DNA of 64,000 bases, from contig CACXPH010000009.1 of assembly GCA_902769535.1 (NCBI GenBank), positions 11,032 to 75,031 on the forward strand. The letters are read 5' to 3'. Under the pieces are notes generated by a model. The model had not been told where the DNA came from and ran no database searches. It saw nothing but the letters and a program-made list of their open reading frames with translations. Position numbers and translations under genes: made by a program. This stretch comes from an uncultured Bacteroidales bacterium (GTDB taxonomy: Bacteria; Bacteroidota; Bacteroidia; Bacteroidales; Paludibacteraceae). Shown one piece after another: positions 63,441 through 64,000 of the stretch (positions within the stretch are counted from its first letter, which is position 1; each line of letters starts with the position of its first letter).

Positions 63441-64000
63441 AATTTCTCAATTTTACGTATTTTACTCTTAAATCGGTTTTTCTTAATGTCCGGCGTAGTC
63501 AAAGCCGTTCCGATGCAGTATTTGCTGATCTTGAGCGGATGGATACGCAGGTTGAGCATGATCTTGGTCATCGGCGAAGACACGTTACCGTCCCTCTTTA
63601 ATTCGACAATCACTAATTCGCTGAACGTCTTCTTCTCTCCACTCACTACGTTGTCCCATACGAGATCCATATCGATCGTCAGTCGCTCCGTCTTGGCCTT
63701 GTTGACCAGCGTGATACGATGGAACTTCGTCCATAAGTGCGGACTCAACTCAGACCAAACATACCTACTTTTAGCCGCAATGAAATCCTCCACGCTCCAT
63801 TTCTCTTTCTTGGTCTCCCCGAAGGACTCTCCCGTGATATCAAACCCCGGTACGGAAATCCGTTTCTTCTTCGTGCGACCTTTGTTGTTCTTGCGCTTGA
63901 TCTCCAGAAACGTCAGATCGCTGTCCACGTACTGCCTTACGCGTATCTTCTGCCGCACGAGTTGCCGGTCGTGATGACGCACATACATATCCAGCGACTC
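63428..64000 (-). CDS. VTC (polyphosphate-polymerase-like) domain protein, C-terminal part (open at window end)
   Basis: Frame stays open upstream of the listed Met to position 64000; RQKIRVRQY...LTFLEIKRKNNKGRTKK and VIVELK blocks resemble the VTC/CYTH-like tunnel fold. Confidence 0.5.
   Translation of the reverse strand, partial: ESLDMYVRHHDRQLVRQKIRVRQYVDSDLTFLEIKRKNNKGRTKKKRISVPGFDITGESFGETKKEKWSVEDFIAAKSRYVWSELSPHLWTKFHRITLVNKAKTERLTIDMDLVWDNVVSGEKKTFSELVIVELKRDGNVSSPMTKIMLNLRIHPLKISKYCIGTALTTPDIKKNRFKSKIRKIEKLCQS

Overview
64-kb chromosomal segment that reads as a Bacteroidota (Bacteroidales-type) genome. It is roughly 50 percent GC by eye, has no Shine-Dalgarno signals, and shows TTTG-N19-21-TAnnTTTG promoters in front of most transcription units. 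About 62 protein genes and 2 tRNAs (Ala-GGC, Asn-GTT) fill nearly all of it. I saw no rRNA, CRISPR array, transposase or integrase. Most genes are housekeeping: mreBC, holB, gldH, trmB, smpB, gpmI, topA, floA, recJ, tdk, priA, rsfS, ftsH, surE, lpxB, glmM, rfbA, menA, cobB, ttcA. Three things stand out. (1) An accessory patch at 3.6-9.2 kb next to tRNA-Ala. It holds a DUF262-HNH nuclease whose start overlaps (ATGA) the end of an AT-rich, apparently frameshifted EcoRI-family adenine methyltransferase, plus a nested inverted repeat, a BRO-N protein and two small secreted tandem-repeat proteins. (2) A tightly packed seven-gene operon at 35.1-41.8 kb. It joins a partner-switching module (sensor PP2C-HATPase fusion plus STAS) to a split alarmone synthetase / HD hydrolase pair, interleaved with an APH-fold kinase, a Cys-phosphatase and a cytidylate-kinase-like P-loop protein. 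This is my best candidate for an undescribed system. (3) DNA-level oddities spread over the window: head-to-tail heptamer tracts that build many gene junctions and also sit in frame inside CDSs, and a strongly over-represented 11-mer CGATTYCATCG. All functional calls rest on motif recognition in the supplied translations and my own reading of the DNA. No database search was possible.
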